Position numbers and translations under genes: made by a program. Shown one piece after another: positions 35,141 through 56,545 of a stretch of 64,000 bases of DNA. The stretch comes from the human T2T-CHM13v2.0 reference genome, Homo sapiens, in the NCBI RefSeq assembly GCF_009914755.1, contig NC_060940.1, one strand, 5' to 3'. A model generated the notes under the pieces. The model did no database searches. It saw only the letters and a list, made by a program, of their open reading frames with translations, and was not told the origin of the DNA. Within the stretch, counting starts at the first letter, position 1. Each line of letters begins with the position of its first letter.

Positions 35141-35604
35141 CTAAAGGCTAATATACCCCAAAATTAACAGTGGGTATCTATAAGCGGCTTTTACAATTAT
35201 TTTCTTGTTCTACATTTTTCCCCTATTTTTTTTACAATAAATGTGCATTTCTTGTCTGAAAAATAGCAATATATTTTATTAACCTTAAAATTATTTGATG
35301 CTATTAAAATATAACTGAAAATAATAATAAAAGAAAAGGCAAGTTTGCCAGCTCTCCCCGTCTCCCTCCCCAGCCTTATCTCCTGACTGGATTCTTGCTC
35401 ACTCCCAATAAACACGGACTCTTAATTCGTTTCAGTATTTACTAACCTCAAAACAAGGCAATGTAAAGATGAATAATCATACTCTGTAGGTGATCTGCAT
35501 CCACGCCAAATTTTGAGATGCGTTGAAAGAGGAAGTTCTTTACCTCTCTGCCTTCAATTATTTATTCTCGTTTAACCCATTTCCTCCGTTCATTCCTAAC
35601 TTGA

Positions 35605-36345
<741 letters not shown>

Positions 36346-36511
36346 TAGTGGGAATCTTCTGGGGAGGGACTCCGGCACCTTCGTTTGTCACAAGCCCCCT
36401 CTCCCAGTTGATATCCTTGTTTTGGGAAATACTGTCCTGGGAAACTTCTGCTCATCCTTAACGTCTCAGCTCAAATGTGCCTTTCTCAGGGAAGTCCTCC
36501 CTAGCTCCTAG

Positions 36512-36893
<382 letters not shown>

Positions 36894-36909
36894 TGCTTCC
36901 TCTCTTAAA

Positions 36910-37250
36910 CCACTGATGCTCAAACTTGAGCCAGCATCAGTCTCTCCTGGAGGGCTTGGTAAAGCTGGGATGGCTGGGGCTCCACCCTCAGGGTTTGTGA
37001 GTCAGGAGGTCCAGGTGGGGCTGGAAATTTGCATTTCTAACCAGCTCCCAGGTGATGCTGATGCTGCTGGTCTGGGGACCATACTTTCGACTTTTTAAAT
37101 GTTTTATTTATTTGAGATAGGGGACTCACCGTGTTGCCCAGGCTGGCCCTGAGCTCAAGCAATCCTCCTGCGTCAGCCTCCTTGGGTAGCTGGGACTACA
37201 GGCCTGTACCACCACGCCTGGTTTGGGGGCCATACTTTGAGAACCACTGG
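36910..37250. mobile_element. MER5A interrupted by an antisense FLAM-type Alu monomer (~37092-37222)
   Basis: gcatttctaaccagctcccaggtgatgctgatgctgctggtc...catactttgagaaccactg; TSD tgggg(a/g)ccatacttt. Confidence 0.8.
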
Positions 37251-38040
37251 GCCAGCCCAAGCTACTGGAGGGCCAGAGCTGTGTGGTCCTGACAACTGTA
37301 TCCTCAGCATCTGGCCCAGTTCCTGACACATAAGTGCTCCAAGAACCAATAGTCTTGAGTGATAGGCAATGGGCATCCATCTCACTTGTTCCCTGGGATG
37401 TCAGTTGAGCACGTGTTGTACATCAGCCCCTCATGTGCAGTGTTGGGCTGCAGCCGAGACCTAGATAGAGTCTGCTGGGAGACAGGCGGTGAGCAAGTGT
37501 CGCAGAGGATCGCTGATCTTTGGGGAGCCATGAGGATGTGCAAGGTGCTGAGTGGCCCGGGGAGGCTTCTAGAGGATGTGAGGTCTAAGCTGAGGAGCTC
37601 TGAGGCTCCATGGGCCTTCCCTCACCTCAGCTCCCTCTCCTGGGAAATCAGGCCAAGATCACTTCATTCCTAAGGGCCCTTCCTGCTCAGTCTTGGAGTC
37701 TAACTAGAGGCAGATAGGGCTGTGGTCTGGCCTGAGCTGCTGTGGACTCGGAAAGGCTTAGGTCGAATTTCTGGTTCCACCCCTTCCCAACTGAGCTGCC
37801 TGGAGCACTCTTGTTAACTTTTCTGGACTTGTACTATTTTGTAAAAAGGAGCTAATCATTCCTGCGTGTTGTGTGGATTCAATAAGTAAACAACTGCCTT
37901 AGTACTGCACCTGGCTCACAGTGAGGATGCAAAATATCAGGACTCGTTTACTGCCACATGCTCCTGTTCCGTCTTCCCACTGCCTTACCCATCAGCCTTC
38001 CCTCTGTCTGCCTGCCCTCAGCCGCAGCGTTGGTCTAGGA

Positions 38041-38635
38041 CAGGGTCAGCAAACTACAGGCCTCCTCTTTTCATGTGTCCTGCGAACTAAAAATGCTTTT
38101 AAAATTTTTATGTATTACTATTATTATTTTTGAGACAGAATCTCGCTCTGTCTCTCAGGCTGGAGTACAGTGACGCAGTCATGGCTTGCTGCAACCTCCA
38201 CCTCCTGGGTTCAAGCGATTCTCATGCCTCAGCCTCCCGAGTAGCTGGGATTACAGGTGTGCACCACCACACCCGGCTAATTTTTGTAGTTCTAGTAGAG
38301 ATGGGGTTTCAACATGTTGGCTAGACTGGTTGGTCTGGAGCTCCTGGCCACCTTGGCCTCCCAAAGTGCTGGGACTGCAGGTGTGAGTCATTGCACCTGG
38401 CAGGATTTCACATTTTTAAATGGTTGAAAAGAAAATCGTGATATGTGAAAAGTATATGAAATTCAAGCATCAGTGTTCATAAGTTAAGTTTTATTGGAAT
38501 ACATTGGTAATTTACAGAATGTCTCGGGCCGCTGTCCCACCCCAGCTAGAATTTTATCTGGGACAGAGACCCTATGGCGGGAAAAGCCCAAAATATTTGT
38601 CTCGCCCTTTACAGAAAAAGTTTGCCAACCCTTGG
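38041..38635 (+). mobile_element. MER58-like DNA transposon in the RMI2 intron, interrupted by an antisense Alu (38105-38400)
   Basis: cagggtcagcaaacta...ccctttacagaaaaagtttgccaacccttg. Confidence 0.8.
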
Positions 38636-40595
38636 CCTTAGCCTTGGCCCAGCAAGTAACCCATGCTGCTTGGTGTGTTGGTTTGCAGGCAAAGCACCTT
38701 GCAGGCAGGCTGGGGCAGTCTCCTATCTGGTCTCAGCCCTGGCATAAGCCTGGCATCTAGTAAATAAGTGTTTGAACCCATGGGCATTGGTGAACCTGTC
38801 TGACATACCCACTGGCCTGAATGCCAGCTGGCAGGGGCCATGTCATTTCTTCTTGTTAATTAATACTGAGTCCAGCTTGACAAAATTGAGTCACTGCCAT
38901 CAGGGAGGCAGGGAGGTAAGCGGGCCACTAAAACACAAAGTAACATTGCAGGCAAGAGTGAGGTGGCGCAGAGGAGGGACAGCTGATCTAGGTTTGAGGG
39001 CTCAGGGAAGGCTTCCTGGAAGAGGCAGCCCTGAAGGATGCATTGGAGTTATCTGTAAGGACCAACCCTCCTGGGTTGCCTGGGACTGAGAGGGTCCTGG
39101 GACGTGGGACTTTCAGTGTTAAAACTGGGACACTTGGGCACCCTCTGTCTGTGTGCAGTGGCAGGAGATTGTGCAGCTCCATGGAACAGCCTGTGCAAAG
39201 GCTTGAAGGGGATAGAGCCGCGTGCCTTTGGGGAGCCTGGGGCAGTGGTGGAAGGTAGGAGGGCTCTATCCTGATGAGCCTCATTGGCTGTCTGGAAGGA
39301 CCTGCCTGCTTCAAGATGGCCTTGAACTCTGCTCACTGCACTGCTGCTGTAGTGCTGTTCCTCCACCGCCTCTTCCTCTGGAACATCCAGGAGTTTGTTT
39401 CCATAAACCTAAGGTGCTGAAGAGGCAGAGTTGAAGGAGAAGCTCTTCCTGCCCTCAAGCTGCTCTCTGTCTGCAGGAGAATCAGAGAAACCATGCTTAC
39501 CTAGATCGCGCTTGGATCAACTGAGTTCTGGAGGCAGGAGGTGGATTTGACAATGTTGACTGCAGCAGTGGGGTGGGGATGGTTTCGAAGAGGAGGAAGC
39601 TGGCAGGAGATGGGCTGGAGCCATTGGAATGGTCATGGCAACCGCGGGGTGGGGATGCGGGAAGGAGAGGGAGAGACAGCGGAGAGCTGCTTTGGAGTGG
39701 GAGAGGGTGTGGGTAGAACCTACAAGGTCAATTTGTCCCATCGCGTGCCTTCGAGTTCATCCGGCTGGCTGTGTGTGCCTTCTCAGTAGAGCTCCTGTTC
39801 CCCTCTCCCGGTTGGAATGCCCTTGGGCTTGTTTTTCTCTTCGTGGGCCTTCAGTCATTCTACTTCTGTGTGTTCCAACCCTACCAGCACTTTAGGCCCA
39901 TTCAGAGGGGATGGCAAGTGCATTTTCAGAACTAGCCTCTGTCACGGAGGGACCCAGGTGGAATGTGGGGTTGGAGTTCTGAGATACTTGAGCACATCCT
40001 GCCTGGGGTTGAACAGCAGGATCAGGGGTCAGCTTGCCTGGGGCTTCAGTCAAAGCCCCAGGCCCCACGTGCAGTGCAATGAAAGCCTCACGGGGCAGGC
40101 AGCAGGGCTGGCACCGGGCCTGTCCTTCCTGCAGCATTTGGAGTTTTCTTTTACACAATCGGGTTTTATGTGGTTGAGACTGGCCAAGTTTTGCTTTCAA
40201 GGAGAGTCACTTCCCCAAGGGAATGGGAAGAGAGTCACAGTTAATACGTCATTAGATCATGCCGGTGGCAGCCGGCCCTTGTGTGGATTTGCTTGTATGT
40301 GCTGGAGGAGGTGGCAGGGATAGGTCCCAGCAGTTGGAACAATGGGGCTGGGGGCTGCCTGCCCAGCCTTTTCGGCAATGTGGAGGGAAAATTGGATTGC
40401 TTAGTAACTGTCAGAGGGTGTCTGCAGAAAGAGGATGTGTCCTGTGCACAGAAACCAGTCACATACTCTGTAGCATTGAGCAAGGAACAGGATTAGAGGA
40501 AAGCTGAGGTTTTCTGCCCCTACCTCAGAGCCGCCTAATTATAACTCGCTCTGATGGGAGCGTCTCCTCCATTCCTTGGGCGTGGTTACATTTTA

Positions 40596-41122
<527 letters not shown>

Positions 41123-42098
41123 AGTATGTTGGAACTGTCGTTAAAAACAACCAAAATCCCGAAACTATTTAGAAGCTTATAATGATGTGGATTTCATGGA
41201 CACTTTTCAATGCGTATTTTTCAAATGCTTCTCAGAGAGCCTTGCTTTGGTTGACCAAGGAGTCCGGATGTAGGAATGTTTAAATCCTCGGATACTTCAG
41301 TGACACAGCCTCTGCTGCCCCTTGCTTTGCCTGTGTTTGCTGATGAAAAGCAGATGCTTGTGTTTCATTTTCCTTCCTGGTTTGTGTGTGTTAATTCTCT
41401 CTCTCTCTCTCAGACACAGAAGTCTCATGTTGCATTTTCCAAATTTTATGAGTGATGATACTTTTTCCATTACTGCTGCGTCCCTGTTTTACAATGCAAA
41501 ATTTAAGTACGGTCATTGCCCATGGTGATTAAAGTGTGGTTATGGGCAGGAAGACAGACTGTGTAAAAAAGGAATGACATCCTGGCTCCTCATCTTCTTC
41601 ATCAGCAACTACCATAACCAGTTTGCGAGTCAAATGGCATTTCCTAACGGCAGGCATGGCGGCCCCTGAAAGACAACAGCTCCCTTTCTGCTTCGGACAC
41701 CACTCAAACATTTAGACGCAGCTCTATCCCTTTTCCTAGCTAGAGAAGGTGATGCCTTCTTCCATTACTCAGAGATGTTGAGACGTTTTCAGAATTTCTT
41801 GTTGAAATGAAAAACATCAAGATAAAGGACGCCTTTCAGGCATTAGCTAAACTTCCACTTCATAACTTTCGGCGAGACATGGTGAGCCTCCTGGTGTAGA
41901 GTTCTTTTGTCTTTGTATGGAATGACTTTTTGCTGTGATGGTTTTGAATGTTGGGTTTCTGCTGTCTGCTTAGTACCCATGCCTGAATTTTTTGAGATTG
42001 TAAATATCAAAGGAGTTAGATTGTGTTCTGACATGGTTGTAGACTTTCACCTGGATTATTGATATTCTACCTCTAATAAATTTTTAATAGGCTGTATG
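41123..42098 (+). other. RMI2: RMI2 3' UTR
   Basis: Unique sequence between the stop codon and the AATAAA at 42075; the 3' end is approximate. Confidence 0.8.
42075..42080 (+). terminator. RMI2: RMI2 polyadenylation signal AATAAA
   Basis: AATAAA followed about 20 nt later by GT/T-rich sequence (gctgtatgagtttttttttt). Confidence 0.8.
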
Positions 42099-42104
42099 AG
42101 TTTT

Positions 42105-43700
<1,596 letters not shown>

Positions 43701-44098
43701 TCGGGTGTGCTGTGCTTTTAAACTATTTTCTTTTTAAAGCCGGGCAGATTGGAAAGTATGCATCATTTTTGTTGCCCACAAGAAGCTTGTTTTGAACTGT
43801 TTTATGTTCACAGTTTGGGATTTTTCAGGCAATATTGCTGAGCTTTAACAGGAACTTTGCAGTCCTGTCAACCTGAATTTGAGCCCTTCATTTGCAAGTA
43901 ACCTTGCCGTGTGACTATGAGCAAGGTACCTAACCTCTCCATTGTTCAGTTTCTTTATCTGTAAAATGCAGATTATGCCCAGCTCATAGCACTGGTGTGA
44001 GGAATAAATGAAGATGTAGATCACTTTTACATGGTATGTGACACTTGGTAGGCACCAAATCATTATTGCTGGGAGGATCAGTATGTTCTTGCTTGTCT

Positions 44099-44144
44099 AC
44101 ACACACACATACACACACACACACACGAGAGAGAGAGAGAGAGA
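44099..44144. repeat. (CA)n(GA)n microsatellite
   Basis: Read directly from the sequence. Confidence 0.95.
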
Positions 44145-46642
44145 AATTGCAAAGATAGTACAAAGAGTTCCCATATACCTGTACCCAGCTTCCCCTATTA
44201 TTAACATGTTAGTATAGTGCATTTGTTAAAATTCATGAACCAATATTGAGATGTTATTAACCCAAGTCTGTACTTCATTCAGATTTCTCTGGGTTTTTCC
44301 TAATGTTCTTTCCTGTTCCAGGGTCCCATCCGGGACACCACATTCCATTTCGTCATCATGTCTCCCTAGGTGCTCTCCCTGGCTGGGTCGTTCAATCAGT
44401 TGCTTTTAATTGCATTTAAATTTAATTTTGGTGCAGACAGTGAGATCTGTTACAGAATTCTTAGGTTAAAACTTAGTCACAATGGCTGGGTGCAGTGGCT
44501 CACGCCTGTAATTGAAACACTCTGAGAGGTCGAGGCAGGCTGATCACTGGAGGCCAGGTGTTCAAGACCAGCTTGGGCAACATAGTCCCCCGTCTCTACT
44601 AAAAACACAAAAAAATTAGCCAGGCATGGTGGCACGCACCTGTAATCCCAGCTACTCTGGAGGCTGAAGCATGAGAATCTCTGGAACCTGGGAGGCGGAG
44701 GTTTCAGTGAGCCAAGATCATGCCACTGCACTCCATTCTGGACGACAGAGCCAGACTCTGTCTCAAAAACAAAAAACAAAAAAAGCAAACCTTGTTCACA
44801 AAATTATTATGGGGCACCCAGTAGTAGCCCCTGAGCTGGATGTGTGGTAGACTCCCCAGATGTTAACCTGAAGTCTGCCCTACTGTGGCGAAACCTGCTT
44901 GTGTGCTAGAAAAAAGACCCAAGCTGCCGAAAACCACCTGTACCGTATCCTGCCCCATTTGTCCTCACCCAACTTCTGGTAAGTAATGTCCATTGAAAAA
45001 TGCTAGTTGGGCTGACATGGTGGCCTGAGCAATAATGCATCTCAGGAGTCTGTTGGCGGGGTGGAGGTAGGAAAAGGAGGGCACTGTGTGTTTTTCCTGA
45101 CAGTCCCCTCAGAAATGCTGGTGGCTTGGTGCTGGAAGGGTGTTGCCTCACCATGTTAGCTGAGCTGTGTGGTTTCTTTGAATGTTAACAACTTTCACTG
45201 TTTCGGCTTGAGTTTCCTCCCTGACATCACCAGATGAAAACATATGTCAGAGGTTTTGGGTTTCTGGTGCCAAATCCAAGATGGCTTATCAGCAAGCGCC
45301 CCCCGCCAGACAGTGGAGGCTGTGCTGGGGCAGAGCTGCTTCCCCTTTGACATTGGCTTTTTTCTAAAACCGAAAATAAGCAACCGTGGCTGTGACTTCA
45401 CTTTTCTTGGAACTGCTTTACATTACCCCCCAAATGGAGAAAACCCTCATTTAGCAGCTTTTGGATTGCCAAGTTCTCTAATTCTTTCTGTTGCATATTC
45501 TTGTAATGCTCAAGTTTTACTGACAAAGTCTTCTGCATCAGGTGAAGCAGGAGGAGGAAGGAATGACCATGTGAAGTAACTGAGCGCTTTGTTGCCTGGC
45601 CTGTGGGTGTGTGGTTTCATGGTTGAGGAGAAAAAGCACCTGGAAGACACAGTGTGTGTAGAATGCCTTCCAGTTCCAAGGGTGACAACCCTGCGATCTG
45701 CTGGCCAGCAGATGGGCTAGGGCTGCTGTTGCTAAACATCAGGCTACAGCCGAAACTTACAGAGCAGCTGCCTGCTTCAAGGACAAGGGGAAAAATGCAT
45801 TTTCAGTCATAATGACCTACATTTAGCAGATATTTCGGAGCCCGTGCGAAAGGACATCTTCAAAGGGCCTCTTCCTCCTTGTGATAAGGGAGACAGTGAT
45901 GTTAGTCAAACGTGGGGCCCAGTCCTGGTCCTGCCCGTTCCTGTCTGACTTTGGCCTTGGAAGTCTGTGAAGCCGAGACAATTCATCCTTCAAAGGGTGG
46001 TACCAGGTAAGTTCTTGGGAATGGAATCCCAAGATCCACTCCTGAGAGTGGATCTTTGTAGACAGGCACATACGTTGTTCTGAAATCATCTGTTGCTATC
46101 TCTGTCCCTGTTGGAGGCGCTTCCAGTGACGTCGTGATTGTGTCCTACTTATCTCAGTATCCCTGCCCAGCATGGGGTCTTAGGTAACATACATGGGCAG
46201 TCGGTCAATGTTAGGACTGGCTGGGTTTTAGGCTAGAAGACAGAAGAAATATACAAGCAAAGGCACAGTGTCTTAAATTTACACTTGGCCCGCAGCAGTT
46301 TTCAGAAGAAAGGAGCCCCCTGCTTAGTAGCGCCTTTTGAATTGGGCCCCCTGTGTAGTTTATAGCAGGCCTGAGGGTGCTGGCTAGACTGTTGGGGAGT
46401 GCTCTTTAAGCACAGAGGAAAGATTTGGTAAAGACATAAAAGGGTGGAGGAAAAGGAGCGAGACAGCCGAGTCCAAAAAACGATTCATGTGGTTTGGGCA
46501 GAATCTGAAATGAGAGTCCTTTGAGATTGACTGAACGTCTCTTGATAAAGAAAGCAAGTTCAGCTGGGCGTGTTGGTTCATGCCTGAAATCCCAGCACTT
46601 TGGGAGGTTGAGGCGGGCAGATCACCTGGGGTCAGGAGTTCA

Positions 46643-46886
<244 letters not shown>

Positions 46887-47689
46887 CTAAGAGTTAAGTG
46901 CCAGGGCCTGTGCTGGAAGCCGTCTCATGAGTCGCTTCATTTTACTGTCCCAGTACGCCTGGGAGGTCTGTTTCCCATCCCCTTTCACAGCTGTGAAAAC
47001 CGCAGCCACGGAGATGAAGTCCTTTTTCCAGGGGCATCTACCTGGCAGCCGAAGAGCCAGGTGGTGAACCAATAGGTGCCCCTTGTCGTTAAGGGCACTG
47101 TTGTTGTGGGTGGCCAGGACCAGGCCCTTCCCTAGGGCAGCTCTTCCCCAGGGCAGCTCTGGGAGCTGATGGTCTCTACACGGGCGCTGGCCCCCCCTGC
47201 TGGTCTATGCACAGAAAATGGGATGACAACCCGTCACCAGAAAACAAGGGCACAGAATGGAGCAAAGGAACAAAATGGGGCCATGAGAAACTTCACCCCT
47301 GTCTACCCAGGAGTTCTGCCCATTATGGCCAAGCCCAGGTGGGGGTGGGGAGAGTGCTGGATTTGGCAACCAGATGGGTTCTGAGGGGCTTGCAGTGGGG
47401 CCAGCCCCACTGTTCATTCAGTGGATGACCTTGGGTGGGTTATTTTCACTGCCCTTCTGATATCCATAGAGAAGGGATGACGTGGGGTCAGAGAGGTTAA
47501 ATAATTCGTCTGCATGACTGTTAACTGGAATCTGGTGCTTCAAAGTTCACTTTAGTGGCCTTTCTGTCGCCAAGCACCTGCTGGGTTCCAGACTCTGGAT
47601 ACACGAGGTGAAGGAGACACGTGGCTGCCCCCTGTGTGCATGGTATCTTCTTGGACCTCCCATTCCTCCTTATCGTTCCTGTTTTAAGC

Positions 47690-47888
47690 CCGAGGAAGTC
47701 CTGTGCTTTTAAGAACTTGTGCGGTTAGATTGGGCTCACCTGGGTATCGAAGCTAATCTCCCCATCCCAATGCCCTGACTAATCCCATCTGCAAAGTCCC
47801 TTTTGCTACGTAAGGTGTATGATATTCAGAGGTTCTGGGGATTAGGGCGTGGACATCGTTGTGTGGGGAGGGACATTCTGCCTACTAG
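47690..47888 (-). mobile_element. MLT1 (D-like) LTR fragment
   Basis: catctgcaaagtcccttttgc...ggttctggggattagggcgtggacatc. Confidence 0.65.
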
Positions 47889-48240
47889 ACCCCAAAGATG
47901 TGTGTTCATACCAAATACAAAATACATTCACCCTGCCCCAAGGTCTCATCCCATTATAACATCAACTGAAGAGTCCCAAATCTGCTCTCAATCTCGTCAC
48001 CTAATCACCTCAATCTGGTGCTGCGGAGGCTTTGGGTATGACCCATCCTGAGCAGTTCGTCTCCCTCTGTGAACCTGGAACTCACTAAACCAGTTACCAG
48101 GCCCTAAAGTGCAGTGGGTGGCCACCTAGAGGAGCACAATCTAGTTCTGTCCCTGATCCAAGGGACCTGAGATGTAATATGGGCAAGAAAGAAAAGGAAG
48201 AAACAATGAGGCTGTACACCCAGAAATACCAAACTGCCTA

Positions 48241-48690
<450 letters not shown>

Positions 48691-48935
48691 TCAGCACCTG
48701 CCCTGGGGTCTTCCATCAGACAGCTGTGCATTACCTCAGGTGAAGGTTTTCCCAGAGCACAGCTGAGCTTGGTCATCCTGCATGTAGGACTCAGTGTTGT
48801 CAAAAGTAGTTGATTATCAGCTCCACCTGGGCTGTTTTTAACCTGGTCCCTACCCATATCTTTAATTAGGATCCACGTGCTGGGGGCTCAGGAAGTCTAA
48901 GCTTTTAGAAAGCTCTCCGGTGGGTCTCGTCATCA

Positions 48936-49553
<618 letters not shown>

Positions 49554-50127
49554 TTACAGAAAACTACTAAGTAAACAATAGTACAGTGGTACCTGAGTGA
49601 CTGATGTTTGGGTACTTTTTCCTGATGTTCTAAAATAGAGCTGCACTGTCCAATGTGATTGTCACCAGCCTCATGGAGCTGTGGAGTACTTGGAGTGTGC
49701 TGGTGTGATAGACAGAGTGGCCAAACTTAATAAATAAAAGTGTAGGGTGCCTCCCATTCCACCAGTGTGGGCTGTGCACAGTGACTTCCTTCCAGAATGG
49801 AAAGGGGGATGAAAGAGTAACTTTACGGTGGTGAAACCTGACAAACTGCCTCAGCCAGCTGGCCAAGGTTAACATCAAGTAATACATCACGTTAATAGCA
49901 CACATGGGTAAGATGCCTGAGGCCCTGGGAGGCCAGGACTTAGAAGCCTCAAATTCCACAGCCAGTCCTCACCGCCCTCACGTGGCTCCTGCAGAGAGTA
50001 GGGACAGTGCCCTAAGGGGACTTTGGGAGTCTCATGTGACCACATGAGGTCTCTTGAAGGCCTGGAGAGGCATTTGCGGACATGGTGTCTTCCATAGGTG
50101 TGACAGCCGGGGTTGGTGCTTGAGACC

Positions 50128-50695
50128 TCTGGTCAGAGCCTGTAATGCCACGTCATGAATTGCCACAAACTTAGCAGCTTAAAAAAACAAATGTATTAAT
50201 ATCTCACAGTTTCTGTGGGTCGGGGTCTGGTAGGGTGTTGTTAGGTTCTCTGCTCAGGACCTCTTCAGGCCAAAATCAAGGTGTCAGCCAGCTGAGCTCT
50301 CTTCAGGAGGCTCTGGGAAGAATCCAGAATGGGCATCCAGGCTCATCAGGCTGTTGGCAGAATTCAGTTCCTTGCAATTGTAGGGCTGAGGTCCCATTTC
50401 CTTGCCGGCTGTAAACTGGAGGCTCCTAGAGGTCCCCTCCATCTTCAGGAACGAGCCTTGAATCTGCCTCCTGCTCTCCAGCCTCTGATTTCCTGGGCCC
50501 AGGTTTAGAGAGGGCTCATGTGATTGGCTCAGGCCCCCTACCTTAAGGTCAGGTGACTTGGGACTTTACCTCTCCAGAATCACTGCACAGCAACACCTAG
50601 ATTCGTGTTCGATTGAATGACTGGGGGAAGGTGTATCCAACGGGTTGGAATCGTGTCTGTGGAGGGGAAGGGGTATCTTAGAATTCTGTCCACGA
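50128..50695 (-). mobile_element. MLT1E-like LTR
   Basis: ccacaaacttagcagcttaaaa...tctcacagtttctgtgggtc...gttggcagaattcagttccttgc. Confidence 0.7.
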
Positions 50696-50766
50696 GGACC
50701 TGCCTGATGGAACAGCACAATAGGGCTTCAGATCCAGACAGCATGGTTCCAATCCCAGCTTTACTA

Positions 50767-50979
<213 letters not shown>

Positions 50980-52979
50980 TCATACAAAAAAAAAAAACAA
51001 AAAACAAAACCAGCCTTGTTAAATTCATCCCATGTGTTGATGCACTGGCTGTAATATTCCTGCTATTATTAGTGACTTGCTCCCAGAGCTGCCCTGCCCA
51101 TTGGGAGAGCTCTTCTGTCTTCCTAGGTGGAAGAATCGTGTTTTCCCTGCCTTTACCACATTCTCCGCCTCTCTGGCTGGTGTCACGGTCCTTTAAGGAG
51201 AATGAGCGCATTGACTCCAGGATCTTGGTCTCCCCAGTTTGGCGGCTGGCCCCGACTTGGCATGAGAAATAAATGTCAGTGGGAAAAATCTTTTTAAAGA
51301 TGTACGTATGTAGTAAAATGCATATCCAAACACAAATGTCGTTGCACGTGTTGATGTGTCTTCAGAAACCTGGGGTAGGGAAGTTTGGTAGGTGGAAGTT
51401 ACTGTCCATCTCCTTTCTCATTGCATGGCGCATGGAAGATGAGATTTTGGCTTTAGCGTTTCGCTGTGAGTGTCCTGTTTATTTCATGGTCATGGGCCTT
51501 TAGTATCAAATTTACTTGAAAACCTTATGAAATTATACAGAAAGAAAGAATGAGGAATCTTGGGTAATGGGAAAGCAACCAGCCAGTTTTGCAAAAATTC
51601 CAACATGGGTGATTTTTAACTAATTGGAAAAACATGTCTCTTCTCAGTTCACTTAATCCTTTTTGCAGTGCTGGGGGCCATAAGCGTTCCCAGGAGGTTT
51701 AAGGAGCATAATCAGCCCCCAAGGTGGTCTGCACAGTGACAAAAAAGGACAAAGGGCTCTGCCTGCGTCTGAGGGTCCTGTAGTCATGGCCAGCTGTGTC
51801 TAGGGGAGCAAAGACCCTGTCTGTCATCAGCCTTCCTGGCTAAGGCAAGGGGATGAGTTTGAGATAGTAGAGTGTGGGCACTTGTTCTGGCTGGAAACTT
51901 AGCCTTCAAAACAAGATCCCAGAGGCAGAATTTGAGACCCAAACAGGAAAAGGAAATGCCCAATGTTGAAGCACTCAGAGCGGAGGGGTCCAGAGCCGTT
52001 TGATTATAAGCAGAGTGTTGGGTCCTTACACACTTTTACAAAGTTGTTTTCAGAGACACGGAAGTCGATGGTCCCCACTTTCTCTTCCTCATTGGAGTTC
52101 CCTGGAAAAGCGTGTTGCCAGGGACAGATGATCTGACGGGGCCACAGCCCCACCAGTGTCCTTAGGAGGGAAACCTGTCAGCAGAGGGACCTCAGCCCTG
52201 GCTGATCACATGGGCTATGCTAGGCCAGTATCTGCAGAAACCAACAGCCTGCCCTTAAAGCTCCTAAGTTGGAGAGACCTGCTCGGTCACGATCCTGGCT
52301 TTGCTAGCCACACTCAGTCCCCGGGTTCATCTCTCGGGGCCAATGCGATGTTGTTTGTGAGATGGAGAGAATGGCATTGCCCCTACCCCCACCAGGGTGG
52401 CTTCAGGATGAAATTCAACACGGGAAGCAGCCTCCCCCCACCCCCATGGACCGAGAGGTGACACTATTAGAGTTATATGGGTTTGTGGTTTCCCCTTACT
52501 GTCTCCACTTCCTTCCTGAAACCCTGAAAGAGGCTTCGCAGGAAAGGAAGGGTCTTTCAGATGCCTGAGTGCAGCTGGGAATGGCTGTCCCCAGTTAGCC
52601 AGGCTGGTTGGAGCCTAGGGTGAGTTGGCTGGGTTGTGGGTTTGAACCACCAGAATCACTGAGGCACAGCTGGCCCACTGCCGAGTGCTGCCAGCCATCC
52701 TGCAAACGCCACCATTGCTCATCCCTGGGAGATGTTCCAGCATTGACCAAAAGGGTTGCCGGGTCTTGTCCTGCTCAGGACAGGCCACTCTAGAGTGATC
52801 TATAGTCATACTGTAAGGATAGATCTGGGTCCTGTGCCTCCCACGGACCCTGAGCACAGAATACACATGACAGGGCCCCAGCACACGGGCAGCGGCCCCT
52901 CTTGTTAGTATTAATTATGCACTTACGTGAAATGCACCTGCTCTTGAAGAAGGGGACAGCCAATGATTAAAACAGTTGA

Positions 52980-54782
<1,803 letters not shown>

Positions 54783-55459
54783 CTTCAAAAGCAGATTTGT
54801 CATTGCCAGGTGACCTTGTCAACCATGGGTGTACAAGGACAAACCAAATCCGGGTGAAAGAATTTGTGCCTTGTTTTCTTTGCCTTTGACCTTCAGCCCC
54901 GTGCATTCCTGCAAATGCATTGCCCCTGGTAAACCTTAAGAAGACCTTAACTTTTCTGTTTTAAGTGAGATTTCCAAGTTAATTTAAGTTGTGTGGAACA
55001 GGACACTCCCTTTACTGGAGAGCAATTGGTATCTGAAGAGAATGAGATAGAGGTTGCTAAGGAAACCCTTGTTTGCAATGTTTGGTTTACATAAATTATT
55101 GGTGAATAAGAAAAATAAGTTTATTCCTTCTTCCAGATGGTAAACTGGAAGGGAAGCATGTTACTGGGTAAAGTGAGTCATGGGCCGTGGGAGGCTCAGA
55201 TGGAACAGGGCTCTGGGATGCCTCTCTCTCTCTCTCTTTACTTGGGACCCCTTTCTAATTTACCTACCAGGCCTCAAAAGACAAAGCCCTCTAATCTGTT
55301 TAGGCAGGAACAGATAAAATTCCTCTGGGTGGATGGGTAGGGGAGGGAAGGAGGAAGTTTGCAGAAACTGAAAGAGAACTTTTTTGGGGGGAGAGGGAGA
55401 AATCTCTTGTTTAATTACAAAACCAAAATATCATTTGCAATGCCTTCCTTCTCCTACTA

Positions 55460-56545
<1,086 letters not shown>

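Noticed and set aside
55137-55172. Possible 36-nt + strand micro-exon (ttccag|ATG...AAA|gtgagt)
   Set aside because: The splice signals are plausible but there is no partner exon or coding support; such matches are common by chance.
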